Shown in pieces: positions 19,333 to 31,159 of a stretch of 64,000 bases of DNA. Both the position numbers and the translations under genes were made by a program. Source of the stretch: Acidobacteriota bacterium (GTDB lineage Bacteria > Acidobacteriota > Vicinamibacteria > Vicinamibacterales > JAKQTR01); NCBI GenBank assembly GCA_040752275.1, contig JBFMFH010000057.1, positions 3,895 to 67,894 on the forward strand, read 5' to 3'. The stretch's first letter is position 1. Every line of letters begins with the position of its first letter. Under the pieces are notes generated by a model. It was not told the origin of the DNA. It did no database searches and was given only the letters and a program-made list of their open reading frames with translations.

Positions 19333-21056
19333 GCTCGTTCCCCGGTGCTGGGGCGGATGTCGGCCAGAGACAACTCGACCGATGAGCGCCCGTTGAAGGT
19401 ATTCTCCTCGACCGAGAATGCGGCGTCCAGACCCTCCCGGGCCGCCTCGATCTCCGCCGCCCGTCCGGCTCCGCGCCAGAACACCCCCCGGATCGCCACG
19501 CCGTGCTGGCGAAGTCCGACGCTCAGGTGCCGATCCTTGAGGCGGCGCGGGCCATCGGTCACCTGGAGGCCTTCGGAGGCAAACAGGGGCCGGGGGTTAC
19601 CGATGCCGAAGGGCGCGAGCTGGTTGACCCGCTCGATAAGCGGCAGGGTCAGTTGCCGGAATGTGACCCGACCATCGATTCGCAGCCTCGGGCGGAGGTC
19701 GTCCGGCCCGAGGCGATCGTCGGCCCAGGCGGTCACGCCCGCGCGGAAGGCCTTGAGGCGATCCGTCGCCAGCGTCAACCCGGCCGCCATCTTGTGGCCG
19801 CCGAATCGTTCGAGCTCGCCGCTGCAGGACTCGAGCGCCTCCAGCATGTCGAAGCCTGGGATGCTGCGGCACGATCCGTGGGCCGAGTCGCCGTCGATCG
19901 AGAGAACGATGGCAGGCCGGTGGTAGGTCTCCACGAGCTTCGACGCAACGATGCCGATGACTCCGCGATGCCAGCCCTCGCCAGCCACGACCAGGAGCGA
20001 CCGGGCGCCGATGTGCGGGTCACCGTCGATCAGGCGACGGGCCTCGGCGACGGTGGTCCGCTCCTCCTGCTGGCGGCGCTCGTTCTCCTCGTTCAGCTGC
20101 TCGGCCAGCGCCTTCGCCTCGTCGGCCATCGCCTCATCGGACGCGAGAAGCAGCCTGAGGGCAATGTCCGGGGTGCTCATACGCCCGGCCGCGTTCAGGC
20201 GGGGGGCCAGCATGAACGACACGTGATAGCTGCTGATGGGCCGCCCGAGCAGGCCGCTGGCCTGGAGGAGGGCGCGGAGGCCGGTCTTGTGGGGGCCGCG
20301 CGAGAGCAAGTCGAGTCCGACACTCGCAATCACCCGGTTCTCGCCCAGGACCGGCACCACGTCGGCGACCGTCCCGATGGCGGCGACCTTCACGAATGCC
20401 GGCAGCCAGTGCGCCCGATCCGTGCGCTGGCAGATGGCCTGCACCAGCTTCAGTGCGACGCCCGCCCCGGAGAGGTCCTTGTCCGGGTACGCACAATCGG
20501 GCCGTTTCGGATTGACGATGGCAAAGGCGGGCGGCAGCGTGTCGTCGGGCTCGTGATGGTCCGTGATGATCAGGTCCATGCCGAGGTCGCGTGCTCGACG
20601 GGCCGCCTCGGTCCCGCGAATGCCACAGTCGACGGAGACCACGACGCTGGTGCCTTCCGCGCGCAGCCGCTCGATCGCGGGGACGTTCAGGCCGTACCCG
20701 TCGCGGAGTCGTTCCGGCACGAAGTGCACCACATCCGCACCAAGGAGTTCAAGCACGCGCCGCACGACGACGGTCGCGGTGATGCCGTCGACGTCGTAGT
20801 CGCCGTGAACCGCGACCCGCTCCCCGCGGGCCATCGCCGCGAGCAGGCGATCGACGGCCCGGGGCATGTCGGTCAGCAACCAGGGATCGTGCAGATGGTC
20901 CAGTCGCGGATGCAGGAAACGCTCGACCGCGTCGGGCGCATGGAGCCCGCGCAGCGCCAGGAGCCGCGCGATCACCGGGTCGAGACCGAGTTCGTCAACC
21001 AGCCGGCGGACCCTTCCGTCGTCGCACGCCAGGTCCTCCCAGAGGTAGGAGACCAT
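19329..21056 (-). CDS. recJ: Single-stranded-DNA-specific exonuclease RecJ
   Basis: ORF 19329..21794 trimmed to MVSYLWEDL at 21056. DHH motif LIITDHHEPD and DHHA1 region. Confidence 0.9.
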   Translation of the reverse strand: MVSYLWEDLACDDGRVRRLVDELGLDPVIARLLALRGLHAPDAVERFLHPRLDHLHDPWLLTDMPRAVDRLLAAMARGERVAVHGDYDVDGITATVVVRRVLELLGADVVHFVPERLRDGYGLNVPAIERLRAEGTSVVVSVDCGIRGTEAARRARDLGMDLIITDHHEPDDTLPPAFAIVNPKRPDCAYPDKDLSGAGVALKLVQAICQRTDRAHWLPAFVKVAAIGTVADVVPVLGENRVIASVGLDLLSRGPHKTGLRALLQASGLLGRPISSYHVSFMLAPRLNAAGRMSTPDIALRLLLASDEAMADEAKALAEQLNEENERRQQEERTTVAEARRLIDGDPHIGARSLLVVAGEGWHRGVIGIVASKLVETYHRPAIVLSIDGDSAHGSCRSIPGFDMLEALESCSGELERFGGHKMAAGLTLATDRLKAFRAGVTAWADDRLGPDDLRPRLRIDGRVTFRQLTLPLIERVNQLAPFGIGNPRPLFASEGLQVTDGPRRLKDRHLSVGLRQHGVAIRGVFWRGAGRAAEIEAAREGLDAAFSVEENTFNGRSSVELSLADIRPSTGERA

Positions 21057-22084
21057 CACGTTCCGGCGGAACCGGTCTCGTCGGCGGGAGGACCTGCCGC
21101 TTCCGGCGGGGGCGCCACCGACAGGTCGGCGAACTCCAGGCCGAGCCGCCCCATGTTCCTGAACTTGCGATAGCGCTGCTGCAGCCGCGCGGCCGGCTCG
21201 ATGGCGGATACCTCGCCCAGCGCCCGCTGCAGGGCGGCATCGACGAGGGCTGCCGCGGCGGCCGGGGCCTGGTGTGCCCCGCCCGTCGGCTCGGGCACGA
21301 TCTCGTCGACGATGCCCAGGTGCAGCAGGTCGGGCGCCGTGAGCTTGAGGGCTTCGGCGGCCTCCACCTTGCGGGTCGCGTCCCTCCACAGGATGGCGGC
21401 ACATCCCTCCGGAGGGATGACGCTGTAGATGGCGAACTCCTGGATGAGCACGCGATCCCCAATGGCGATGCCCAGCGCGCCGCCGCTGCCGCCTTCGCCG
21501 CACACCAGGACGACTACCGGCACGTCGAGCACGCTCATCTCGCGGAGGTTGAGCGCGATCGCCTCGGCGACGCCTCGCTCCTCGGACTCGATGCCCGGGT
21601 AGGCCGCCGGCGTATCCACGAAGACGATCACCGGGCGCCGGAACTTCTCGGCGACGCGCATCGTCCGCAGTGCCTTGCGGTACCCGTCTGGACGCGCGTA
21701 GCCGAAGTTCCTGAGGATCTTCTCCTTCGTCGTGCGCCCCTTGTGGTGGCCGACGACCAGCACCGGCCTGTCGTGGAAGCGCGCGAAGCCGCACACGATG
21801 GCTTGGTCGTCGGCAAACCGCCGGTCACCGTGGATCTCGTCGTAGTCGGTGAACAGGCGCTCGATGTAGTCCTGGGTGCTCGGACGGTTCGGGTGGCGCG
21901 CGACGAGCACACGCTGCCACGGCGTCAGGCCGGCGTAGATCTCGCTTCGCAGCGACTCGACGCGCGACGAGAGCTGAGCCATCTCCGCGGAGCGCGCGTC
22001 GGTGCGCGGCATCAGGCTCAGCGCCTCGATTTCCTTCAACAGGACTCCGATCGGTTCCTCGAATTCGAGCAGGTCGGCTGGCAT
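21056..22084 (-). CDS. accA: Acetyl-CoA carboxylase carboxyltransferase alpha
   Basis: VCGEGGSGGALGIAIGD and full-length family features. The stop shares 1 nt with the recJ ATG. Confidence 0.93.
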   Translation of the reverse strand: MPADLLEFEEPIGVLLKEIEALSLMPRTDARSAEMAQLSSRVESLRSEIYAGLTPWQRVLVARHPNRPSTQDYIERLFTDYDEIHGDRRFADDQAIVCGFARFHDRPVLVVGHHKGRTTKEKILRNFGYARPDGYRKALRTMRVAEKFRRPVIVFVDTPAAYPGIESEERGVAEAIALNLREMSVLDVPVVVLVCGEGGSGGALGIAIGDRVLIQEFAIYSVIPPEGCAAILWRDATRKVEAAEALKLTAPDLLHLGIVDEIVPEPTGGAHQAPAAAAALVDAALQRALGEVSAIEPAARLQQRYRKFRNMGRLGLEFADLSVAPPPEAAGPPADETGSAGT

Positions 22085-22104
22085 GAGTCGTCTCGTCCCT
22101 CATC

Positions 22105-25100
22105 CTACCCCAGAGTGACGGAACCTGGCCCACACAGCTGCTCGACATCGGCCACGAACCGGTCCGACGGGCGAACGCGATACTGGCCGGAGACGGCGAT
22201 CCTGACGCGCCAGCCCCCGCTGCCCTGCCGCACTGACACATCGAAGTTGATCCGGCTGTCGCCGCGGTGCCTGCCCAGCAGATCCGACAACTGCTCGAGG
22301 GTCCGGCGGGTGTGAGGGGGCGCCGCCAGGCGAATGACCACCTCCCGGGTGACCTGGGCCCGGACCGATTCGATCGGCACCACCTCCGACGCGATGATGC
22401 GCGCGTTGTCCTCGTCGCGCTCGTACCGCCCCTTGACGACCAGGGCTGCATCGTTCTGTATCAGGGCGGCGGCCTTCGCGTAGGTGGTCGGATAGACGAC
22501 GACCTCGACGGTACCGTCGGGATCGTCAAGGATGAAGGCGCACATCCGGTCACCCTTCTTCGTCCGGAGCGGCCGAAGCCCCGTCACGAGGCCTCCCACG
22601 ACGACGTCCTCGCTCACCCGGCTGGCCTGGGCGCCGGCGTCGTGGCCCTCGTCGCTCTCACCGGCGGGGCCACCCAGGCCCAGCAGGTCGCCCAGCCCGA
22701 CGGCGCCGAAGGCCTCGAGGTCCGCCTGGAAGCGATCGAGGGGGTGACCGCTCAGGTACAGTCCCAGCGCCTCCTTCTCGAACGCGAGTTGCTGCGCGTC
22801 GCTCCACGGATCGGCAGACGGGAGCGCCGGGTCATGGTCCGCCCCCCCACCGTCGGGCGGGCCGCCGAACAGCTGCGCCTGTCCCTTGTCGCGATCGCGC
22901 TGGTGACGGCTGCCATGATCGACCGCGCCGTCGACGGCGGCCAGCACTCTGGGCCGGAACCGGGCCGCCTGCCCCCGATCCGCCTCGTCGCGGATGGCGA
23001 GCGAGTCGAAGGCCCCGCCCTTGATCAAGCTCTCGAGCACTCGCTTGTTGACCAGGCGCAGATCCGCGTCCTCACACAGGCGATAGAGGGACGTGATCCC
23101 GGCCTGGGCCGACCGAACCTGCAAGATGGAGGCGATGGCCGACTCGCCGACGTTCTTGACCGCGCCGAGGCCGAAGCGGACGCCGTCCGGCGTCACGGAG
23201 AACGCAAGGCTGCTGGCATTGACATCGGGTGGCAGGATCGGCACGCCGAGGTCGCGACATTCGTTCAGGTAGATGGCCAGCTTGGTCGTGTTCTGCGATT
23301 CGATGGTGAGCAGCGCGGCCATGAAATGCCAGGGGTAGTTCGCTTTGAGGTACGCGGTCTGGTACGCCAGGTACGCGTAGGTCGTCGAATGCGACTTGTT
23401 GAAGCCGTAGCCGGCGAACTGCTCCATCAGGTCGAACACCCGGGCGGCTTGCCGGTCCGAGATGCCTCGGGCGGTGGCGCCCGCAAGGAACTTCTCGCGC
23501 TGCGCCTCCATGAGCGCCTGGCTCTTCTTGCCCATCGCCTTGCGCAGCGTGTCGGCTTCGCCCAGGGTGAATCCGGCCAGCTCGCTGGCGACGCGCATGA
23601 CCTGTTCCTGGTACGCCATGACGCCGTAGGTCTCGCCGAGAATCGGCTCGAGCTGGGGCAGTTCGTAGGACACCTCCACGCGCCCGTGCTTGCGCGCGAT
23701 GAAGTCGTCGATCATCCCGCCCTTGATCGGGCCCGGTCGGTAGAGGGCATTCAGCGCGATGAGGTCTTCGAGGCGTCTGGGCTTGGCGCGTCTCAGGATG
23801 TCCCGCATCCCCGAACTCTCGAACTGGAAGACGCCAAGGGTGTGGCCTTCGCAGAACAGGTCGTAGGTCTTGACGTCGTCCATCGGCAGGTCGTCGATGT
23901 CGAGTGTGGTGCCCGTGGTCGTCTCGATCTGGTCGACGGCGTCCCGAATCAGTGTCAGGGTGCTCAGCCCGAGGAAGTCCATCTTGAGGAGGCCGATCCG
24001 CTCGATCTCCTTCATGCCCCACTGGGTCGTGATTTCGTCGCGGCTGCCCTTGTGCAGCGGGGCGAATTCGATGATCGGCCTCGGCGCGATCACCACGCCG
24101 GCGGCATGCACCGACGCGTGCCGGGCCATTCCCTCCAGGCGCCTGGCGATGCCGATGAGCTCGGCCACGCGCTCGTCGCCGGATTCCATCTGGCGCAAGG
24201 CCGGGTTCTCGGCCAGGGCCCTGTCCAGGGTCATGTCGAGCGCCGCCGGGATCTGCTTGGCGACCCGATCCGCCTCGGCGAAGGTCATGCCGAGCACCCG
24301 GCCCACGTCGCGGACGACGGCTTTCGCCTTCATCGTCCCGAAGGTGATGATCTGCGCCACGTTCTCCCGGCCGTACTTGCGGGTCACATACTCGATCACC
24401 TCGCCACGACGCCGCTCGCAGAAGTCGATGTCGATGTCGGGCAGCGAGACGCGTTCCGGGTTCAGGAACCGCTCGAACAGGAGATCGAAGTCGAGCGGGT
24501 CAACGTCCGTGATCCGCAGGCAGTACGCCACCAGGCTGCCGGCGGCCGAACCACGGCCCGGCCCGACCGGAATCCCGTGCTCGCGGGCGTAGCGGATGAA
24601 GTCCCACACGATCAGGAAATAGCCCGGGTACTTCATGCGCGTGATGACGTCGATCTCGTACTGCAGGCGCGCCTCGTACTCCGCCAGCGAATGCCGCAGC
24701 CGGCCGGCCGCCGACAGTTCCTGGAGCCGCGCCCGGCGCAGCTCGAACCCCTGCCGGACCATGTGCTCGAAGTACGCATCGATCGAGTAGCCCTCGGGTA
24801 CCTGGAAGTTCGGCAGGTGCGGCCCGCTGTCGTCCAGGTTCACGCGGCACCGCTCCGCGATCGCCACGGTGTTGCGGAGCGCGTCCGGCAGATGGCCGAA
24901 CACCGCCGCCATCTCCTCCGGGGTCTTGAGATAGAACTGATCACCGTGGTACCGCATGCGTTCCGCGTCGCTCACGTTCTTGCCCGTCCCGATGCACAGC
25001 AGGATGTCGTGGGGACGATGATCGTCGCGCCTGAGGTAGTGGACGTCATTCGTGCAGACCAGCGGGATCCTCAGATCCCGGGAGATCGGCAGCAGGGCGT

Positions 25101-25662
25101 CGTTGACGAGGCGCTGCTCGTCGATGCCCTGGTACTGCAGTTCCAGGAAGAAGTTCCCGGCCCCCATGATGTCCCGGTAGGCCGCCGCCGCCTCACGCGC
25201 CCGTTCGAGGCGCTCGTACCGAAGCTCCGACGGGATCTCGCCCTTGAGGCAACTGCTCAGGGCGACGAGGCCCTGCGCGTGGCCGGCCAGCAGGTCCTTG
25301 TCGATCCGCGGCTTGTAATAGAAGCCCTCCGTGTACCCGGACGACACGAGTTTGACCAGGTTGCCGAAGCCGACGTTGTCGGTCGCGAGCAGCACGAGGT
25401 GGTTGGCCGTCTCCCCCGGCGTACCGGACTTCGTGAAGCGGCTCCCGGGGGCCACATACACCTCGCACCCGAGGATGGGGTTGATCCCCCGCTCCCGCGC
25501 CCGGTCGTAGAAGGTGATGGCGGAGAACAGATTGCCGTGCTCGGTGACGGCCAAGTCCCTCATCCCGAACCGCTCGGCTTCCTGCAGCAGCTCGTCGATC
25601 CGGCACGCGCCGTCGAGCAGCGAGTACTCGGTGTGGAGGTGCAGGTGAACGAACTCTGACAT
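22105..25662 (-). CDS. dnaE: DNA polymerase III alpha subunit
   Basis: Trimmed to MSEFVHLHLHTEYSLLDGA (PHP domain). About 1185 aa with an OB-fold C-terminus. Confidence 0.95.
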   Translation of the reverse strand: MSEFVHLHLHTEYSLLDGACRIDELLQEAERFGMRDLAVTEHGNLFSAITFYDRARERGINPILGCEVYVAPGSRFTKSGTPGETANHLVLLATDNVGFGNLVKLVSSGYTEGFYYKPRIDKDLLAGHAQGLVALSSCLKGEIPSELRYERLERAREAAAAYRDIMGAGNFFLELQYQGIDEQRLVNDALLPISRDLRIPLVCTNDVHYLRRDDHRPHDILLCIGTGKNVSDAERMRYHGDQFYLKTPEEMAAVFGHLPDALRNTVAIAERCRVNLDDSGPHLPNFQVPEGYSIDAYFEHMVRQGFELRRARLQELSAAGRLRHSLAEYEARLQYEIDVITRMKYPGYFLIVWDFIRYAREHGIPVGPGRGSAAGSLVAYCLRITDVDPLDFDLLFERFLNPERVSLPDIDIDFCERRRGEVIEYVTRKYGRENVAQIITFGTMKAKAVVRDVGRVLGMTFAEADRVAKQIPAALDMTLDRALAENPALRQMESGDERVAELIGIARRLEGMARHASVHAAGVVIAPRPIIEFAPLHKGSRDEITTQWGMKEIERIGLLKMDFLGLSTLTLIRDAVDQIETTTGTTLDIDDLPMDDVKTYDLFCEGHTLGVFQFESSGMRDILRRAKPRRLEDLIALNALYRPGPIKGGMIDDFIARKHGRVEVSYELPQLEPILGETYGVMAYQEQVMRVASELAGFTLGEADTLRKAMGKKSQALMEAQREKFLAGATARGISDRQAARVFDLMEQFAGYGFNKSHSTTYAYLAYQTAYLKANYPWHFMAALLTIESQNTTKLAIYLNECRDLGVPILPPDVNASSLAFSVTPDGVRFGLGAVKNVGESAIASILQVRSAQAGITSLYRLCEDADLRLVNKRVLESLIKGGAFDSLAIRDEADRGQAARFRPRVLAAVDGAVDHGSRHQRDRDKGQAQLFGGPPDGGGADHDPALPSADPWSDAQQLAFEKEALGLYLSGHPLDRFQADLEAFGAVGLGDLLGLGGPAGESDEGHDAGAQASRVSEDVVVGGLVTGLRPLRTKKGDRMCAFILDDPDGTVEVVVYPTTYAKAAALIQNDAALVVKGRYERDEDNARIIASEVVPIESVRAQVTREVVIRLAAPPHTRRTLEQLSDLLGRHRGDSRINFDVSVRQGSGGWRVRIAVSGQYRVRPSDRFVADVEQLCGPGSVTLG

Positions 25663-25663
25663 G

Positions 25664-27202
<1,539 letters not shown>

Positions 27203-27238
27203 GCGCGAGGCCGAAGAAGGAAGCTGCGTCCTTTGTCG

Positions 27239-27245
27239 TATTATA
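27239..27245. promoter_or_regulatory. Shared A/T hexamer of divergent guaA / bamB-like promoters
   Basis: Minus strand reads a perfect TATAAT (27245 to 27240) and plus strand reads TATTAT (27239-27244). It is an isolated A/T island in GC-rich DNA. Confidence 0.35.
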
Positions 27246-27305
27246 CCGAGGTGTGACTGTTCGCTCCCCACAGCATCCGACGGCAGCGTAAGTCCCTGCG
27301 CTCGC

Positions 27306-28913
27306 ATGACGCGGATTCCGATCGTTTCGCTCATCGGTGTTGCCGCCATGGTGCTGGCGTACAGGCCGCTGTCCGCTCAGGTGATCCCCTCCAGCCCGGC
27401 AGATGTCGTGTCGCGGCCGGCAGGGTCGCTCGAGGTGCCCGGGGGCATCGTGTGGGAACGTACACTCGCCGCACCCGTCTCAACGCGGCCCGGTTTCGAC
27501 GATCTCCACGCCTACGTGCCGCTCAGGGACGGAACGATGGTGGCCCTGTCGCTGGTCACTGGACAGGTTCGCTGGGCCGTCAGGCAGCGTCCGCTCTTCA
27601 AACCCGCTACCGTACAAGGGCTCGTGATCGGTGTCGACGAGGACGGCCTGTGGGCCCTCGACGCCGCCAGCGGCGACGTACGGTGGAGTCGGCCGGCCCC
27701 GGCCCCGATTGCGGTCGAGCCCGGGGTCGGGGATGACATCGTCGTGGTTGCCAGCGCCGACGGCACCATCGCCGGCCTCAGTGTCACCGACGGCTCCGAG
27801 CGCTGGCGCGTATCGCTGGGCATGGCGTCCAGCGCCCCTCCCGTCGTCGCCGAGGGCCGCCTGCTGGCCGGCCTGACCGACGGCCGAGTCGTCTGTCTGT
27901 CCCTCGAGTCCGGACAGCCGATTTGGACCCGCGCCCTCGGCGGCGAGATCCGGGCCCTGTCCATCGCCGGCGGTCGGGCGTTTGTCGGATCCTCCGACAA
28001 TTTCCTGTACTCACTCGACATGCGCGACGGCCGTCGACACTGGCGCTGGCGAACCGGCGGCGATGTCACCGAACCCGCGTTCAGCGACGACCGGCTCGTC
28101 TACTTCGTGGCCATGGACAACGTGGTTCGCGCGCTGCGGCGGAGCAGCGGCAGTCTCGTCTGGCAGTACGGGCTGGGATCGCGGCCGGCGGGTGCGCCGA
28201 TCCTGGTGGACGGGCAACTGATCGTCGCCGGCATCGCCCCGGAAATCCGTGCGTACCGTCCCGAAGATGGCCGCATCGTGGGCCGCCATGCGCTGGCAGG
28301 CCGCCTCGGTCACTCCCCGCACTTCGCGCCGGCAGAGGACGGCGTCCCACCCAGGCTCGTCGTGGTGACCGGCCCCGGCGTGATTTCCGCGCTCGGCGGG
28401 AGCATGGAGGGGAAGGCCGGCCCGCTCTCGAACGTCCCGGGTCTGCTCCGCCCTCCCAGACTCATCGTGCGTGCCGCCGACATCCTGCCGCTCGACGGCA
28501 CCGTCGAGGCCGCCTGCGCGGCCATGGATGCACCTCCTGGCGTGCGCGTCCCTCCGGAAGGTGTCCCGCCAGCGACCGGCAGCCGGCGCGGCGAGGGTCC
28601 TCCACTGACCCCGCTGCGCGGCCTGCCCGGGCTTCCAGTGCCCCCGCGCCTGATCGGCGAGCCGGTGCTCGCGCTCGACGGGGCCGTGGAACCGCCCGCC
28701 GGGCCGCTCGATGACCCGCCCGGCACGCGCGTCGGACCCGAAGCGCCGCCCATCTACACGCCGGGTGCCGTCGACGCCTCGGCGGCGGTCCGGACAACCC
28801 TGGCCAGCCTCCTGATGCCCTCGACGATCACGTCGGGCGCCGGGGCCGAAAAGGACAGGCGGATCAGATTCCGGCCGGATCCGTCCACGAAGAACGCGGC
28901 TCCCGCGACGTAG
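27306..28913 (+). CDS. PQQ-like beta-propeller protein (BamB-like) with Pro-rich C-terminal tail
   Basis: ORF trimmed to [25 protein letters not shown] (signal peptide). Repeated blades of the form ...ALD..SGDVRW / ...TDGSERW / ...ESGQPIW / ...RDGRRHW / ...SGSLVW. Confidence 0.7.
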   Translation: MTRIPIVSLIGVAAMVLAYRPLSAQVIPSSPADVVSRPAGSLEVPGGIVWERTLAAPVSTRPGFDDLHAYVPLRDGTMVALSLVTGQVRWAVRQRPLFKPATVQGLVIGVDEDGLWALDAASGDVRWSRPAPAPIAVEPGVGDDIVVVASADGTIAGLSVTDGSERWRVSLGMASSAPPVVAEGRLLAGLTDGRVVCLSLESGQPIWTRALGGEIRALSIAGGRAFVGSSDNFLYSLDMRDGRRHWRWRTGGDVTEPAFSDDRLVYFVAMDNVVRALRRSSGSLVWQYGLGSRPAGAPILVDGQLIVAGIAPEIRAYRPEDGRIVGRHALAGRLGHSPHFAPAEDGVPPRLVVVTGPGVISALGGSMEGKAGPLSNVPGLLRPPRLIVRAADILPLDGTVEAACAAMDAPPGVRVPPEGVPPATGSRRGEGPPLTPLRGLPGLPVPPRLIGEPVLALDGAVEPPAGPLDDPPGTRVGPEAPPIYTPGAVDASAAVRTTLASLLMPSTITSGAGAEKDRRIRFRPDPSTKNAAPAT

Positions 28914-29992
28914 ACCACTCGTTCAGCCAGGGCCGCCTGCAGCATCGCGTCGCCGCTGAGATGTTCCGGCAACGCCGCCCAGATGAAGAACCCCCCGCGC
29001 GGTTCCTGCCATCGGAGCAGCCCTGGCATGCCGGCCCTCATCGCATCTTCCATCACGGTCTTCTTGTATCGATAGCGCGAGCGCAGCTCGGGCACGCGCC
29101 TAGCGAGGACGCCTCGCACCCAGGCTTCGTAGACGATGCGCTGATCGAGCGATCCCGTACACAGATCGGCCGCTTGTTTCGCCGTATCCAACTTCGCCAC
29201 GAGGGCCGCTGGAGCGGCGATCCAGGCCACGCGGAATCCCGGAGCGAGCGTCTTCGAGAAGCTGCTCAGGTAGATGACCCGACCTTCGTCATCGTCGGCC
29301 TTGATCGGCCTCGTCAGCGTTGCATCGGCGTCGTTGAAGTAGAGGTCGCCGTACGGGTCGTCCTCGACGATCAGCACGTTGTGTCGGGCAGCAACCGCGA
29401 GCAGCCGCCGGCGCTTCTCGAGGCTGATGAGCATGCCGGTGGGGTTCTGGAAGTTCGGGACGATGTAGATGCATCGCACGCGCCGGCCTCGCTGCTTCAG
29501 CCCGGCCAGTACGTCCTCCAGGTGGTCCAGGTCGACCCCGTCCTGCTGTTGCCGCACGCCGACCAGATCGGCCTGCACGTCCTTGAAGGCGGCGATCGCC
29601 CCCGTGTACGCGGGTAGCTCCACGATCACGGCATCGCCCGGGTCGCAGAGTATCCGCGCGACCAGGTCGAGTCCCTGCTGCGAGCCGGTCGTCACCAGAA
29701 CCTGGTCGGCGCCGCACCGAATACCGCGCGATGCCAGGATCTCCAGCAGCGCACCGAGCAGCGGCGTGTGGCCGCGCGTGGGACCGTACTGCAGCGCGTT
29801 GGGATCGTGCCCGTCCAAGAGCGACGACACGATCTCGCGCAACTCCTCCCAGGCGAACACGGTTGGGTCGGGATAACCGGGCGCGAACGAGATGATGTCG
29901 GGAATCCCGGCCGCCACGACTCCCATCTTGCGGATGGCCGATCCCTGCATGCTGACACCCGCCCGCGACAAGTACGCATCGTAATCGATCAT
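28754..29992 (-). CDS. PLP-dependent aminotransferase, class I/II (aminoadipate/LysN-like, no HTH)
   Basis: MIDYDAYLSRAGVSMQGSAIRKM..., PLP-lysine motif SSFSKTLAPGFRVAW. Start could be 30043. Confidence 0.85.
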   Translation of the reverse strand: MIDYDAYLSRAGVSMQGSAIRKMGVVAAGIPDIISFAPGYPDPTVFAWEELREIVSSLLDGHDPNALQYGPTRGHTPLLGALLEILASRGIRCGADQVLVTTGSQQGLDLVARILCDPGDAVIVELPAYTGAIAAFKDVQADLVGVRQQQDGVDLDHLEDVLAGLKQRGRRVRCIYIVPNFQNPTGMLISLEKRRRLLAVAARHNVLIVEDDPYGDLYFNDADATLTRPIKADDDEGRVIYLSSFSKTLAPGFRVAWIAAPAALVAKLDTAKQAADLCTGSLDQRIVYEAWVRGVLARRVPELRSRYRYKKTVMEDAMRAGMPGLLRWQEPRGGFFIWAALPEHLSGDAMLQAALAERVVYVAGAAFFVDGSGRNLIRLSFSAPAPDVIVEGIRRLARVVRTAAEASTAPGV

Positions 29993-29999
29993 GATCCCG

Positions 30000-31058
30000 T
30001 CATCCTTCAGAGAAGACCGGCATGTCCGGATCGGCCGCCGCAACGTCCGACGCGGCTTCCGTGTAGCGCCGGTACAGGCTGAGATACGAGCTGAGGGCGC
30101 TGAGCCCGATGAACTGGAAGACCAGGCCGCGGAACAACCACGCCAAGAGCTGCAGCGGGACGACGGCCAGACCGGCCAGCGGCACGAAGGCGATCACACC
30201 GAGTGCTGCCGTCGCGATGAACGACACGACACTGGCGGTCATCACGAGCACGACCACGATGCCGAACACGCTCAGCACGGGCGCGCGGCAACGCCAGAGG
30301 AAGCGCCCGGCTCTGACGGCTGCCACCCGCACACTGCAGTTCTCGGCGGCGACGATCAGCTGCACAAGCAGGTAGATGAAGTTGACGATGGTGATCCAGG
30401 CGACGAGCAGCAACGAGACCGCACCGGCCGTCATCGTCCACCCCACGTCCGACCGCGCGGCCGGCGCCGGACCCGCCCCGAACAGGGCCATCAGATACGC
30501 AATCGCCGATGCGACGTACACCAGGATCAACAGCAGACCTAGCCTCAAGTAGCGCCTGAACAGCCGCAGACATCCATCGCGAAACCGTCCGAGCGAGTAC
30601 GCGGCGCCCGACCAGAACACCTGCAGGCGCAGGGGCGGGTCTTCGACCGCAACGCCTGCCCGCTCCGCCGCCAGGAGCACCGTCACGGTGCCGCCCTTGA
30701 TCAGGAACATCAGCGCGGATCCGGGCAGGCCCACGATGGCGAGCGACACCAGGAATGCCCCCAACACGGTCGGCTCCGCGAGCAGCGTCGACGCGATGTA
30801 ATCGATCACGGCCCGAAGGTCCACGCTCCCCAAGGCGGGAAGCTCCTGACCGACGACCAGCGCGCCGAGCAGCAGCCCCCCCACGAGCGGCACGCTCAGA
30901 AGCAGCTTGAAGGCCCACTCGGCGACGAACTGGATGAGCGTCACCTGCCAGTTGGCCGCCGCCAGGAGCGCACCGCGTTTGAGAACCGACTTGATCGGAG
31001 ACTCGAGTGTCATGACAGAGAACGCGGACGCCCAGGGCCGGCGGCCGCTGGAGGCCAT
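30000..31058 (-). CDS. Polytopic membrane protein, function unknown
   Basis: 352 aa with about 7 hydrophobic segments. Strong SD AAGGAGG lies 9 nt upstream of the ATG at 31058. Confidence 0.6.
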   Translation of the reverse strand: MASSGRRPWASAFSVMTLESPIKSVLKRGALLAAANWQVTLIQFVAEWAFKLLLSVPLVGGLLLGALVVGQELPALGSVDLRAVIDYIASTLLAEPTVLGAFLVSLAIVGLPGSALMFLIKGGTVTVLLAAERAGVAVEDPPLRLQVFWSGAAYSLGRFRDGCLRLFRRYLRLGLLLILVYVASAIAYLMALFGAGPAPAARSDVGWTMTAGAVSLLLVAWITIVNFIYLLVQLIVAAENCSVRVAAVRAGRFLWRCRAPVLSVFGIVVVLVMTASVVSFIATAALGVIAFVPLAGLAVVPLQLLAWLFRGLVFQFIGLSALSSYLSLYRRYTEAASDVAAADPDMPVFSEG

Positions 31059-31159
31059 CGGGCGCCCCCTCCTTATAGCACGCTTCGCTGACGTTCATGA
31101 TGGGCCGCGGTCGAGCCTTGTCGCGCCTGGGTCGCCGGGGCTATCCTGCTGCCATCCGT

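Noticed and set aside
22267-25659. 1130-aa plus-strand ORF mirroring dnaE. Similar long antisense ORFs occur at 51961..55047, 49062..51647, 14904..16598, 32204..34555, 13412..14668, 8314..9621 and 116..1132.
   Set aside because: Their translations are R/G/P/A/H-rich with no recognisable motifs, and each lies exactly antisense to a gene with clear family signatures. This is the usual stop-codon-poor antisense frame of GC-rich coding DNA.
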